Shown here: piece after piece, positions 26,181-36,336 of the stretch
Layout of the letters: each line of letters opens with the position of its first letter
Position numbering within the stretch: the stretch's first letter is position 1
Origin: Gemmatimonadota bacterium
GTDB taxonomy: Bacteria; Gemmatimonadota; Gemmatimonadetes; Longimicrobiales; Gaopeijiaceae
NCBI GenBank assembly: GCA_039587535.1
Contig: JBDHIF010000011.1
Span: forward strand, 1-64,000
DNA length: 64,000 nt
Direction of reading: 5' to 3'
Made by a program: the position numbers and the translations under genes
Notes under the pieces: generated by a model
Told to the model about the DNA's origin: nothing
Databases searched by the model: none
Seen by the model: the letters and a program-made list of their open reading frames with translations, nothing else

Positions 26181-28466
26181 ATGAACCGCGCCGCGACCTA
26201 CACGATCTCTTTCGCGCTCGCCATGTTGCTGGCCGTCCCGCTCACCGCACAGCAGTTCGGTGGATCGGTCGCCGTGAGCGGCGACCTCGTCTTCGTCGGG
26301 GAGGCTGGAAATCAAACTCTGTCGGGTATCGTCTACGTGTTCGGCGAGACGAACGGCGCATGGAGTGAGATCGACCAGATTCGGGTGACCGACGTGACTC
26401 GCGCGCCGGACGGGTTCGGCCGGGCGATCGCGGCGGACGCCGCGACGCTCCTGGCCGGGGCACCCATCGAGGGCACCGCGTACGTATTCGAGCGGACCGG
26501 CGAGGACGCGTGGAGCGAATCGGCGCGGCTCGCGGGGCCACCCGACTCGGACTTCGGAGCCGCGGTCGCCCTGACCGACCGCTTCGTGATCGTCGCGGCA
26601 CCGTCCGAGGGTAGGGGCGTGGTCTACGTGTACGATCGCTCCTCGTTGAATGCCCCTAGCAGGTTGGCCGCACCGGCGGATGTGGGCGAGACCTTCGGCG
26701 CCACGCTGGCCACCGACGGTGTTCATCTGCTCGTCGGGGCTGCCACCTCTGGGAGGACGACCGGTTCGGTCCATGCGTACAGGATGGACGGTCTGGAGCC
26801 GCTCGGTGAGCTCTCGGCCGAAGGCCTTCCGGAGCGTTCCGGGTATGGAAGCGCTCTGGCCGTGCACGACGGCCTCGCTTACGTCGGCGTCCCGGGTTTC
26901 GACAATGGCGTCGGTGCCGTCTTCGTGTTCGAGCTCGGTGACGACGGGTGGACGGCGGGCGCTCCGCTTCGGCCAACCCTCGCTGCCCGGAATACACAGT
27001 TCGGCGCGTCGATCGCGGCAAGCGCCGGCGGGCTTCTCGTCGGCGCCCCGGGGGCCGACGGGGGAGCTGGCGCCCTGTACCAGCTGGACGCGACGGATGG
27101 CGTGACGCAGGTGACCATCACGGGGAGCGAGACGGCGGGCGAAGGCGCGGGATTCGGCGGGTCGGTGGCAGCCGTAGAAGGCGTCCTGGCGGTGGGGGCG
27201 CTCAGTGTGGACGAGGGCGCGGGGGCCACCGTGATCTTCGATGAATGGACCGAGCAGACCACGGTCGTCAACGAGGCCCGGGGCTTCCCAGCCATCACGG
27301 GCGGCGAGATCGAGTGCGCCGAGGGGCAAGCCGACATCTTCGAATGCGAGGGCGTCAACATCATCTCCTTCGTGCCCATCAACGAGATCGGTGGCGTTCG
27401 CGGCACGCGGGTGAACGACATCTGGGGATGGACCGACCCGGAGACGGGCACGGAGTACGCCATCGTGGGTCGCACGAACGGAACGTCGTTCATCGACCTC
27501 AGCGATCCGTCCCGCCCGGTCTACGTCGGTGATCTCCCGAAGACCCCAGGCTCGCGCAGCGCCATCTGGCGAGACATGAAGGTCTACCGGGATCACGTGT
27601 ACGTCGTGGCCGACGGAGCCGGCGCCCACGGCGTCCAGGTCCTCGACCTCCGGGAGCTGCGCCGCTTCCAGGGGGAGCCCATCACGTTCGAGGAGACCTT
27701 CCACTACGACGGGATCTACAGCGCGCACAACATCGTGATCAACGAGGAGACCGGGTTCGCCTACACGGTGGGGAACAGTGCGGGGGGTGAGACGTGCGGC
27801 GGCGGACTCCACATGCTCAACCTCGAGGACCCCGCGCGCCCCACGTTCGACGGCTGTTACGCGGATACCGCCACGGGCCGTAGCCTGACCGGGTATGCGC
27901 ACGATGCCCAGTGCGTGATCTACCGTGGTCCGGACGCCGAGCACGTGGGCAGGGAGATCTGTCTCGGATCCAACGAGACCGCGTTGAGCATCGCGGACGT
28001 CACGGACAAGAGTGCGCCCGTCACCCTGGCGAGCGCGAGCTACCCGAACGTCGCCTACGCGCATCAGGGCTGGCTCACCGAGGACCACCGCTACTTCTAC
28101 ATGAACGATGAAGGTGACGAGCCCAGCGGTCTGGTCGAGGGAACGCGGACGCTCGTGTGGGACGTGCAGGATCTCGACGACCCGATCCTCGTGCACGAGT
28201 ACATCGCGGAGACCAGCGCCACCGACCACAACCTCTATATCGTCGGCGACGTCATGTACCAGTCGAACTACGACGCCGGCTTCCGGGTCATCGACATCTC
28301 CGAGCCCGAGCGTCCGGTTGAGATCGGATACTTCGACACCTCCCCGTACCGTGGAGGGGCCTCGTGGAGCAATTACCCGTTCTTCGAGAGCGGCATCATC
28401 GCGGTCACCGGCACGGGCGACGGGCTCTTCATCCTCAGAGACGTGTCGAGGCGGTTGATCAGCTGA
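26181..28466 (+). CDS. Secreted FG-GAP-repeat (integrin-alpha-like beta-propeller) protein with a C-terminal LVIVD-repeat / choice-of-anchor-B-like propeller
   Basis: The start was moved to the signal peptide MNRAATYTISFALAMLLAVPLTAQQ, because the upstream 141 codons are Arg/Ser-rich GC artefact. There are repeated FG..A..GD...VGAP..G.VYVF units. Confidence 0.6.
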   Translation: MNRAATYTISFALAMLLAVPLTAQQFGGSVAVSGDLVFVGEAGNQTLSGIVYVFGETNGAWSEIDQIRVTDVTRAPDGFGRAIAADAATLLAGAPIEGTAYVFERTGEDAWSESARLAGPPDSDFGAAVALTDRFVIVAAPSEGRGVVYVYDRSSLNAPSRLAAPADVGETFGATLATDGVHLLVGAATSGRTTGSVHAYRMDGLEPLGELSAEGLPERSGYGSALAVHDGLAYVGVPGFDNGVGAVFVFELGDDGWTAGAPLRPTLAARNTQFGASIAASAGGLLVGAPGADGGAGALYQLDATDGVTQVTITGSETAGEGAGFGGSVAAVEGVLAVGALSVDEGAGATVIFDEWTEQTTVVNEARGFPAITGGEIECAEGQADIFECEGVNIISFVPINEIGGVRGTRVNDIWGWTDPETGTEYAIVGRTNGTSFIDLSDPSRPVYVGDLPKTPGSRSAIWRDMKVYRDHVYVVADGAGAHGVQVLDLRELRRFQGEPITFEETFHYDGIYSAHNIVINEETGFAYTVGNSAGGETCGGGLHMLNLEDPARPTFDGCYADTATGRSLTGYAHDAQCVIYRGPDAEHVGREICLGSNETALSIADVTDKSAPVTLASASYPNVAYAHQGWLTEDHRYFYMNDEGDEPSGLVEGTRTLVWDVQDLDDPILVHEYIAETSATDHNLYIVGDVMYQSNYDAGFRVIDISEPERPVEIGYFDTSPYRGGASWSNYPFFESGIIAVTGTGDGLFILRDVSRRLIS

Positions 28467-28618
28467 GGAGGGGGGGCGGGGCAGCGCGGGAGAAGTCTCG
28501 GAGAATGGGGGATCGCGACCTATTGGATCCCGGCCGCTTGTGACTCGCATCCCGTCTTCCTAGCGTGCACGGCGAAAAGCGCCGCCTTACGAACGTCCCC
28601 CACTCCGACAGCCCCTCC

Positions 28619-29515
28619 ATGGTATCCGAGATCTTTGACGCGTCCGCCTGGCAGGAAGTCCCCGGCTTCGAGGACCTGAGCGACATCACGTATCACCGCA
28701 CCCTGGACGGGAAGACGGTCCGGGTCGCCTTCGACCGCCCCGACTGCCGCAACGCATTCCGCCCTCGGACCGTCGACGAGTTGTTCCGCACTTTGGAGCA
28801 TGCCCGGACCTCCTCGCAGGTCGGGTGCGTTCTCCTGACCGGGAACGGACCGTCACCGAAGGACGGTGGCTGGGCGTTCTCGTCCGGGGGCGATCAGCGC
28901 ATTCGCGGCGCGGACGGCTACAAGTACGAAGGAGAGGAAGGCGCGGTTGATCCCGCGAGGCTCGGGCGCCTCCACATCCTGGAGGTCCAGCGCCTCATCC
29001 GGTTCATGCCGAAGATCGTCATCGCGGTCGTCCCTGGCTGGGCCGCGGGCGGTGGGCACAGCCTCCACGTCGTCTGCGACCTCACGCTCGCGAGCAGGGA
29101 ACACGCGCGGTTCAAGCAGACGGATCCCGATGTCGCGAGCTTCGACAGCGGATTCGGATCGGCGTATCTCGCTCGCATGGTCGGCCAGAAGCGAGCCCGT
29201 GAGATCTTCTTCCTCGGGTTCGACTACTCCGCCGACGAAGCGCTGGCGATGGGAATGGTGAATGCCTCGATCCCACATGCGGAGCTCGAGCAGACCGCCT
29301 TGAGCTGGGCGAAGACGATCAACGAGAAGAGCCCGACCGCGATGCGCATGCTCAAGTACGGGTTCAACCTCATCGACGACGGCCTGGTCGGGCAGCAGCT
29401 GTTCGCCGGCGAGGCCACCCGCCTTGCCTACGGGACGGAGGAAGCTCGGGAAGGACGGGACGCGTTCGTCGAAAAGCGTGACAAGGACTTCTCCCGCTTT
29501 CCCTGGCACTACTGA
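28619..29515 (+). CDS. menB: 1,4-dihydroxy-2-naphthoyl-CoA synthase (crotonase superfamily)
   Basis: ..VLLTGNGPSPKDGGWAFSSGGDQR.., ..AVVPGWAAGGGHSLHVVCDLTLAS.. and a C-terminal ..FVEKRDKDFSRFPW.. typical of MenB. Confidence 0.8.
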   Translation: MVSEIFDASAWQEVPGFEDLSDITYHRTLDGKTVRVAFDRPDCRNAFRPRTVDELFRTLEHARTSSQVGCVLLTGNGPSPKDGGWAFSSGGDQRIRGADGYKYEGEEGAVDPARLGRLHILEVQRLIRFMPKIVIAVVPGWAAGGGHSLHVVCDLTLASREHARFKQTDPDVASFDSGFGSAYLARMVGQKRAREIFFLGFDYSADEALAMGMVNASIPHAELEQTALSWAKTINEKSPTAMRMLKYGFNLIDDGLVGQQLFAGEATRLAYGTEEAREGRDAFVEKRDKDFSRFPWHY

Positions 29516-29982
29516 GACGACGCTCAGCCGTCGTGCGGCAGCCCCCTCGGTGATGACGCTCATCATGCCGTGGGGGAGGTTCGCGATTCCACCCATGACG
29601 ACCGTGCCCCCGCAACGAGGGTCGGCCGGGGCAACGTGGTCGGCCCGGGCCTGCTCGATGAATGCCTCCACCTGCGGCAAGACCTCACCACAAAACGGAT
29701 CGTCTGTCGCTGCCACGCTCCGGCCGTCGCCTCCGCAGGCCGCGATGGCCATCGCCGCCAGGACGAGCATTCGCCTTGGGTGGAGGGAGGGTTGGATGCT
29801 GGGTAGGTGGCGGTTGACGAGGGAGCAGGGCATGGCGCGTGTCGTTGGGAGGGAGGGGCATGTCGGGTCGCACCTCTCCCACCCCGCAAGCACTGCCCGT
29901 GAAGCCGGTTGGCTGGAGGGAGATGCGGAGCGTAGGATTGCTGGTGTTTCGTCCGATCAGCGCCTCCAGCGAGTAGCCACGC

Positions 29983-31173
29983 ATGGACATCGACCCGCCC
30001 CCTCCAAGAGGATCCTCCGGCCCGCTCGCGGGCCTACGCGTGCTCGAGCTGGGACACATCGCCGCCGGCCCGTTCGCCGGGTCACTCTTCGCAGACCTGG
30101 GCGCGGACGTCGTGAAGGTCGAGCGCCCGGGCGTCGGGGACGGCATGCGTGGCTGGCCGCCGCTCTCCGAGAATGAGGACGGGGTGGAGTTCAGTGAGAA
30201 CTTTGCGTCGTTGAACCGAAACAAGCGCAGCGTCGTCGTCGACCTCGGAGATGCTGCCGAAGTCGAGCGACTTCGGGCGCTGTGTGCTCGCGCCGACGTG
30301 CTCGTGGAGAACTTCCGGCCGGGTGCGCTCGAGCGAGCGGGTCTCGGATACGCGGAGCTGTCCAAGACGAATCCGGCACTCGTGTACCTGTCCATCTCGG
30401 GGTACGGGCAGACCGGGCCGTATGCCGAAAAGGGCGCGTTCGACGTCACGGTTCAGGCGCTCAGCGGCGTGATGAGCGTGACCGGTGAGGACGGAGCCCC
30501 TCCCGTGAAGTGTGGGGTGCCGGTTGGCGACTTCTGTGCCGGGCTTTACGGGGCGTTCACTGCGTTGGCCCTGGTGTGGGAGCGCCAGCGGACCGGACGC
30601 GGCGGGTACGTCGATTGCTCGATGCTCGGTAGCCTCCTCGGCATCTCGGCGCTGCAGACGAGCGAGTTCTTCGGAACCGGCGTGACACCGAGAGCTCTCG
30701 GATCGGCTCATCCGCGAAACGCCCCCTATCAGGCGTTTCGGGCGCGCGATGCCCACTTCGCCATGGCCGCGGGGAACGACAAGCTCTGGGGCGCGGTGTG
30801 CGCGGCGGTCGAGCGCCCGGATCTCGTGGACGATGAACGCTTCAGGACCCAAGGGGCGCGTGCCCGGAACCAGAACGAGCTCCTGAGCCTGCTGGAGCCG
30901 ATCTTCAGGGGACGGGACGTGGCCTTCTGGCTCCGGGAGCTTGACGCCCTGGGGGTGCCGTGCGCACCCATCAACGACTACGCGAGCGTGCTCTCCGATC
31001 CCCAGGTGGAGCATCTGGGCCACGTTCAGCCACTTGAGCTACCGAATGGCGTCCAAACCCGGACCGTGGCGTTCCCGGTCAGGGTCTCCGGTCAGACACC
31101 GGGCGTTCGTTCGGGCCCGCCCGAGCTCGGACAGCATACCGAGGACGTCATGACCGAGTGGCTCGCCGATTAG
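29983..31173 (+). CDS. CoA-transferase family III (CaiB/BaiF-type)
   Basis: ..LRVLELGHIAAGPFAGSLFADLGADVVKVERPGVGD.. and a conserved Asp region, 396 aa. Confidence 0.75.
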   Translation: MDIDPPPPRGSSGPLAGLRVLELGHIAAGPFAGSLFADLGADVVKVERPGVGDGMRGWPPLSENEDGVEFSENFASLNRNKRSVVVDLGDAAEVERLRALCARADVLVENFRPGALERAGLGYAELSKTNPALVYLSISGYGQTGPYAEKGAFDVTVQALSGVMSVTGEDGAPPVKCGVPVGDFCAGLYGAFTALALVWERQRTGRGGYVDCSMLGSLLGISALQTSEFFGTGVTPRALGSAHPRNAPYQAFRARDAHFAMAAGNDKLWGAVCAAVERPDLVDDERFRTQGARARNQNELLSLLEPIFRGRDVAFWLRELDALGVPCAPINDYASVLSDPQVEHLGHVQPLELPNGVQTRTVAFPVRVSGQTPGVRSGPPELGQHTEDVMTEWLAD

Positions 31174-31180
31174 GGGCGGG

Positions 31181-31765
31181 TTAGCCCTTCCAGAGATTCG
31201 GGATCGTCTCATTCGAGTACCCCGACACGAAAGCCTTTTTCTCGCCCGTGTCAGGGTCGTAGACGTGTCGAGCGACCCGGCCGATGTTCGCTCCGTAGAC
31301 GTGGATGCTGATGGAGGGGTCGTCCGGGTCGGCGTTCGCCACTTCGTGAATGTCCCCGACCGTCGGTGACACTCGATCCACCTCGCCGGGGGTGCACACG
31401 TGCTCGTCCTCCTGGACGGGTGGCTCACCCTCCCCGCCGAGCCGGAGCGTCCTTACCCGCTCCCGGCCCCGGAGTATCCCGACGAGACCCCAAACCGTGT
31501 GATCGTGGATCGGGGTCGTATGTCCGGGTCCCCAGACGAAGCTCACCACGCTGAAACGCTCCTGAGGATCGCAGTGGAGCAGATACTGTTGATAGTGATC
31601 GGGGTGAGTCGCGGCGTAGGCGTCGGGCAGCCAATCGTCGTGGGCGACAAGGTCCGAGAGTAGGCGTCCCCCCCGTTCCAAGATGCGAGGCTCGTCCTCT
31701 CCGACCTCGTCGACCAGGGCCGTGAAGTCCTGCACGAACTGGGTCAGTCTGCGCAACGTGCTCAT
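31181..31765 (-). CDS. Cupin-fold protein, cysteine dioxygenase type I-like
   Basis: ..RFSVVSFVWGPGHTTPIHDHTVWGLVGIL.. plus downstream His. The start was trimmed to MSTLRRL. Confidence 0.5.
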   Translation of the reverse strand: MSTLRRLTQFVQDFTALVDEVGEDEPRILERGGRLLSDLVAHDDWLPDAYAATHPDHYQQYLLHCDPQERFSVVSFVWGPGHTTPIHDHTVWGLVGILRGRERVRTLRLGGEGEPPVQEDEHVCTPGEVDRVSPTVGDIHEVANADPDDPSISIHVYGANIGRVARHVYDPDTGEKKAFVSGYSNETIPNLWKG

Positions 31766-31853
31766 CGTCTGGCGGTCTGTCTGGGGTGGTCGAACGGGCT
31801 GCGGTAGGATGGGCTTTTGGACTCGCCCAGGCCAGCCGGCGCCCATTCCGGTA

Positions 31854-33296
31854 TCAGTCGCCGAAGTAGGGTTCGAGCGCGCTCGGCGGTGGCGGGGCGG
31901 TCAGTAGGCTCACGAGAATGAAGAGGACGGCGCTGGCGACGAACCCGGGTAGCACCGGCTCGATGGAAGGCGATCCGAACACCTCCCAGGCAAACGTGAC
32001 GGCCACACCTCCGATCATCGCAGCAGCAGCGCCTTCCTTGGTCGCACGACGCCACACGACCCCGCCCACGACCGGCATCACGAACGCCGTGGCCATCAGC
32101 GCCGTGAAGAGCAGCACGATGAACTGGACGAGCTCGCCCTGACCGACTCCGCTCAGCAGCAGCATGACCGGCACGGAGCCTACGACCAGGATGCCGATCC
32201 GGTCCACCCACAACCTTCGACGCTGCGTCACCTCGGGGTGGATGAGGTTTTGGTAGATGTCCACCGAGAGTGCCGAGCCTGCGACGATCAGAAGCGAATC
32301 GACGGTCGACATCATCGCGGCCGTGATGGCGGCGAGCATCACGGCGCCGAGCGTGGCAGGGAGCACGGCGCTCGCGACCATGGGCATCGCGAGGTCGCCC
32401 GTGGGAAGCTGAGGGAACAGCACGACCGCGGAGAGCGCGAGCACGAACACGAGCAAGTTCAGTCCGAGAATCATGATGATGGCGAACAGGATCCCACGCC
32501 GGACCGTCCGCATGTCTTTCATGGCGTAGAGCCGGATCAGCTTCTCCGGGGTGGCGATGCCTCCGAGGAAGAACGAAAGCCCCATGGTGAGGAGAAGCAC
32601 GCCGGGCATCGTCTCCCATGTGAACACGAGGGGATGAGCCGATTCGGCCAGGCTCAGCAGTCCACCCATTCCGTCCACCTGCCGGAGCGCCAAGGGGACC
32701 GCGAACACCGCGCCGAGTCCCATCACCACGAGCTGGAACGCGTCGGTGTAGACGACGGCGACCATTCCGCCCACGACCGTATAGATCAGCAGGATCGCGG
32801 TGAACCCGACCATCCCGACGGTCGTCGGGACCCCGAAGACCGTGTTGGCGATGAGTCCTCCCGCCACGATCTGCGCCTGGATGTACACGATGGTCGCAAT
32901 CAGGATGATGCCTGCGGCCAGGCCCCGGATTCCCTTGCCGTAATAGCGGGTCTCCATGAAGGCCGGGAGCGTAAGCTCCTTTTGGCGAGTGAACCGTGGG
33001 GCCAGGACCGCGACCATGAACCAGTAGGAGAGTGGGATGGCCAACAGGACCCACCCGAAGGACCAGCCGGCCGTATACATGACCCCGATGGTGCCGACGA
33101 ACGTCCCGGCCGATGTGTGTGTGGCGGCCATGGTGGCGCCGCCGGTGAACCAGCCCAGGTTCCCGCCCGCGATCCAGTAATCGGTCTCGCTGTGCGTGGC
33201 CCGAAGGCTGTACCAGCCGATGGCGAAGACGACGAGGAAGTAACCGATGAAGACCCACATCTGCGCGGTCATCGGCGCTCCTCCCACCACATCCAC
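31854..33296 (-). CDS. Sodium:solute symporter family (SSS) transporter
   Basis: 13 TM, 480 aa, SSS N-terminal pattern ..YWIAGGNLGWFTGGATMAATHTSAGTFVG.. Confidence 0.8.
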   Translation of the reverse strand: MDVVGGAPMTAQMWVFIGYFLVVFAIGWYSLRATHSETDYWIAGGNLGWFTGGATMAATHTSAGTFVGTIGVMYTAGWSFGWVLLAIPLSYWFMVAVLAPRFTRQKELTLPAFMETRYYGKGIRGLAAGIILIATIVYIQAQIVAGGLIANTVFGVPTTVGMVGFTAILLIYTVVGGMVAVVYTDAFQLVVMGLGAVFAVPLALRQVDGMGGLLSLAESAHPLVFTWETMPGVLLLTMGLSFFLGGIATPEKLIRLYAMKDMRTVRRGILFAIIMILGLNLLVFVLALSAVVLFPQLPTGDLAMPMVASAVLPATLGAVMLAAITAAMMSTVDSLLIVAGSALSVDIYQNLIHPEVTQRRRLWVDRIGILVVGSVPVMLLLSGVGQGELVQFIVLLFTALMATAFVMPVVGGVVWRRATKEGAAAAMIGGVAVTFAWEVFGSPSIEPVLPGFVASAVLFILVSLLTAPPPPSALEPYFGD

Positions 33297-33370
33297 AGGG
33301 CGAAGAGGAGCACGATCACGCCGCAGGCGAGGAATAGCCCCCAGAAAATGAACCCAGGTCCTTCGCTCAT
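33269..33370 (-). CDS. Small membrane protein (33 aa) coupled upstream of the SSS transporter (DUF3311-like arrangement)
   Basis: MSEGPGFIFWGLFLACGVIVLLFALWMWWEERR. It overlaps the SSS start. Confidence 0.35.
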   Translation of the reverse strand: MSEGPGFIFWGLFLACGVIVLLFALWMWWEERR

Positions 33371-34062
33371 GCCGCCACCTTGCGGAGGTGGATCCAGCCC
33401 TGATAGCCGAAGGCGAGGAGGACCACCATGGCGAGAAGGTCGAGTCCGAGGGGCAAGCCCGGGCGCCACACGCCGTCCGCCCGCGCTCGCACGCTCACGA
33501 GTGCGGGAACGACGGCGAGCGTCGTGCCGTAGGTTCCGTCTTCGAGGCGGCGAAGGCCCGTCGGGAATCCCTCCGAGACCGCCCAGTCGGGAGGGACGCT
33601 GAGCTCGGCGCTGAAGAGGTCGGAGACGGCCTCCGTGGGCGGTAGCGAAACCGATAGCACCGGGATTCGGGCGTGCAGCGCGCCTTCGTCGTCTTCCACC
33701 GCGTTCCGGACAAGGTAGGTCAGCCGGACGACATCCGCGGTCAGGAGGCTCGAGGCGGGGATGGTGGCGCTCCGGCGCGAGCCGGATAGGGTGACGAGCT
33801 CGGTCGCGCCTCCGATTCCGTCGATTTCGAACTCCGATACGGTCGCATCGGCGAAGCCCAGGACCTGAACGTCGACGTCGATAGGGGCTTCCAGGGAGAG
33901 CCGGTACTCGATGCGTACCAGGGCGGTCCGGTCCTGCGCGGAGAACTCCGCGCTCAGGTGGGCCGACTCCACCACGCCCTGCGCGAGCGCGGCCCCCGGG
34001 TGCAGGCCGGCACTCCAAGCCGTAAGGGCCGCCGTCACTACGAGCGCACGATTCAGGCCCAC
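33367..34062 (-). CDS. Hypothetical exported protein with C-terminal TM anchor (start uncertain, probably non-ATG)
   Basis: Signal-like ..LNRALVVTAALTAWSAGLHPGAALAQG, C-terminal ..LDLLAMVVLLAFGYQGW. Confidence 0.35.
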   Translation of the reverse strand: MGLNRALVVTAALTAWSAGLHPGAALAQGVVESAHLSAEFSAQDRTALVRIEYRLSLEAPIDVDVQVLGFADATVSEFEIDGIGGATELVTLSGSRRSATIPASSLLTADVVRLTYLVRNAVEDDEGALHARIPVLSVSLPPTEAVSDLFSAELSVPPDWAVSEGFPTGLRRLEDGTYGTTLAVVPALVSVRARADGVWRPGLPLGLDLLAMVVLLAFGYQGWIHLRKVAA

Positions 34063-35267
34063 GCCTCCTTCATCACGCGTAGCGCGTTCCCTCCCATCAC
34101 CTTCTCGATGTCCTCGTCGGCGTAACCCTCCTTGACGAGCCATCGGACGATGTTGTGGGACCCTTCCGTCGGATTCTCGAGGCCCTCTACGTACTCGACC
34201 TCGTCGAACTGTTGGTCGGGCTTTCCTTTCCCTCGTGACTCCTTGATCGAGAGATTGGCCATGTACGTGTGGTGAAGCCCGACGTGATCGCCGTAGACCG
34301 TGTCGGGTCCGAACCCCACGTGATCAATGCCGACCAGCCCCTTCACGTATTCGAAATGCTCCATGAAGGCGGCGATGTCGTGGACGCGCCGGTTTTTCGT
34401 CAGCGTCGTATGCGGGGCGCACTCGATCCCGATCACGCCGCCCTTGGCCGCGACCGCTTCGAGCACTTCGTCTGGCGCAAGCCGGTTCGAGTCCCAAAGC
34501 GCTCGGGCTCCGATGTGGGAGAGCACGATCGGCTTCTCGCTGTGCTCCACCGTGTCGAGGGTCGTCTGGTCACCGCAGTGGGAGCAGTCGATCAGCAGCC
34601 CGACCTTGTTCATGCGTCGGACAGCCTTCTGGCCGAATTTCGTCAGGCCGCCGTCCCGGTCCTCCTTCAGTCCGTTGCCGAGCGCGTTCGACTCCGAGTA
34701 CGTGACTCCGAGCGCCCGGACTCCGAATCCATGCAGCAGGTCGATCCGGTCGAGATCGTGCTCGATCATGGCCGCGCCCTCCATCGATGCGATCCACGCC
34801 ACCCGGCCCTCGTCATGGGCTCGCTGCACGTCCTCGACGCGACGGCAGTGGATGAGGAAGTCCTGGTGCGCGAGGTCGCAGAGTCTCATCCCGAGGTCGT
34901 GGAGCACGTCGTCCCACTGCCAGCCCGATCTCGAATGGATCGTGCAGATGCCGTCCATGAGATTGTCGAAGACCGCATCCCAGTGCGAGGCGGCGAGTCC
35001 CTCGAAGGCGGTGGCCATACGCCCATGGCGCACATACTCGGGCGTCTCCTCGATGCGGTCCGGGAAGACACCCAGGTGCTCGTGCATCGAGACGAACAGA
35101 CAGTCGTCGACGAGTCTCGATACGCGCTCCTCTTCCTGCTCGGTCAGGGGCACGACGAAGGCAGGAACCCGTTCGACCTGCCGGGCAAGCCTGAACGGCT
35201 TGTAGTCGGTGTCGGGCTCCAGGTAGGAGAAGGACTCGTAGCCGTCCCAGTTCTTCTGGCGTCCCAT
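34053..35267 (-). CDS. Membrane dipeptidase (peptidase family M19, renal dipeptidase-like)
   Basis: ..HEHLGVFPD.., ..GLTKFGQKAVRRMNKVGLLIDCSHCGDQT.., ..VGFGPD.. are M19 metal-binding motifs. Confidence 0.75.
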   Translation of the reverse strand: MGRQKNWDGYESFSYLEPDTDYKPFRLARQVERVPAFVVPLTEQEEERVSRLVDDCLFVSMHEHLGVFPDRIEETPEYVRHGRMATAFEGLAASHWDAVFDNLMDGICTIHSRSGWQWDDVLHDLGMRLCDLAHQDFLIHCRRVEDVQRAHDEGRVAWIASMEGAAMIEHDLDRIDLLHGFGVRALGVTYSESNALGNGLKEDRDGGLTKFGQKAVRRMNKVGLLIDCSHCGDQTTLDTVEHSEKPIVLSHIGARALWDSNRLAPDEVLEAVAAKGGVIGIECAPHTTLTKNRRVHDIAAFMEHFEYVKGLVGIDHVGFGPDTVYGDHVGLHHTYMANLSIKESRGKGKPDQQFDEVEYVEGLENPTEGSHNIVRWLVKEGYADEDIEKVMGGNALRVMKEAWA

Positions 35268-35446
35268 CGAGTAGGCTCCGTGCCGTGGATATGGGTGCTA
35301 AAAAGTCAGGAGGCTAAGGGAGCGACCCGCGTGCTCCTGCGCCAGGGGTGCGTAGTCCACAGGGAGAGAGATCGGAGTTGGATCTTCCTGGCCCGGGATG
35401 TCGACCCCGTCGAGGAGGGTCTGGTCTCACACCGCTTCGCGGTGAC

Positions 35447-36127
35447 TCAACGCCCGACCGCCAGCTCCCACCCCAGGCGGATGAACCAGGGGCGCGGGCG
35501 AAGCCGAACGACCTCGCTACTCTGCAGCTCGTCGTCGTCGGTCTCCCGGTAGATCCAGGTTTCGCGGGTCACGTCGTAGGCGAGGTTCCAGAGCTCGACG
35601 TCGAGGACCACGGCCTGCCGTCCGAGCCCGTAGCGAAGCCCGGCGCCCACGGTCCATGTCCAAAGGTCCTTGGTCCAGAGCCGGCCGCCTGTCACCCGCA
35701 CGAGCGGGCTCACGGGTCCTGCCGTCCAAGGGGTCAGCACCGCTCCGATCCGGCCTGCCCAGAACGTCTCTCCCGGGATCCTCGGCCCCACCGATGTACG
35801 TCGGTAGGTCGCACCATCCATCGGAGCGGGGAGGCTGAGGGCGTCGTTCGCCTCCGTACAGGAGGAGGCGAACGAGCCCGTCCAGGTCAGGCTGCCCTCG
35901 ATGGCCACGAGGTTGGACCAGGACCGACCCGCGCCGACGTTGAACCCGACGTAGCGACCCTCGCAGCCCCCACTCTCGAACTCGTCCGGATAAGCCGTGA
36001 TCGGGCCGACCCCGATCCCGACCGTCGTGCCGGAGGGTTGAGCAGACAGGGAAGGGGCAGCGACCGTCGCGAGGACGAGAAGCGCGATCGCTGCAGGAAG
36101 GAAGCGAAGGTGGTGACGCCGGGTCAT
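35447..36127 (-). CDS. Outer-membrane beta-barrel protein (OmpW/OmpA-beta-barrel-like), signal peptide
   Basis: Signal MTRRHHLRFLPAAIALLVLATVAAPSLSAQ, alternating amphipathic strands, C-terminal ..WFIRLGWELAVGR. Confidence 0.45.
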   Translation of the reverse strand: MTRRHHLRFLPAAIALLVLATVAAPSLSAQPSGTTVGIGVGPITAYPDEFESGGCEGRYVGFNVGAGRSWSNLVAIEGSLTWTGSFASSCTEANDALSLPAPMDGATYRRTSVGPRIPGETFWAGRIGAVLTPWTAGPVSPLVRVTGGRLWTKDLWTWTVGAGLRYGLGRQAVVLDVELWNLAYDVTRETWIYRETDDDELQSSEVVRLRPRPWFIRLGWELAVGR

Positions 36128-36336
36128 AGGGGCTCCTTCTGGCATGAACCGAAAGCGGATCGGCTGGAGGTCGAGCGTGCCTCAAGAAACGATCCGCAGG
36201 GTGGAGACGTGACCTTCGAGCGGTCGTCATGCGCCCCTCCACGTATGGCGCCCGAGCGGCTTAGGCGCTATCTCGTAGCGCACTTACTGAGGCGGCTGAT
36301 GCTGTCTGAAAGCCATTCTGCATCCCGGAGGATCCC

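Noticed and set aside
26160-28550. 796-aa ORF on the minus strand
   Set aside because: It is antisense to the FG-GAP/LVIVD gene, whose sense frame has clear repeat homology. The composition is Arg/Pro/Gly-rich, typical of high-GC antisense artefacts.
28853-29893. 346-aa minus-strand ORF with a lipoprotein-like N-terminus (MLVLAAMAIAACGG)
   Set aside because: Most of it is antisense to menB, and there is no stop until deep inside menB. At most a short lipoprotein could exist at 29516-29770, but it is unsupported.
31762-33602. 498-aa minus-strand and 454-aa plus-strand ORFs
   Set aside because: They are alternative or antisense frames of the SSS transporter gene and are His/Arg/Gly low-complexity.
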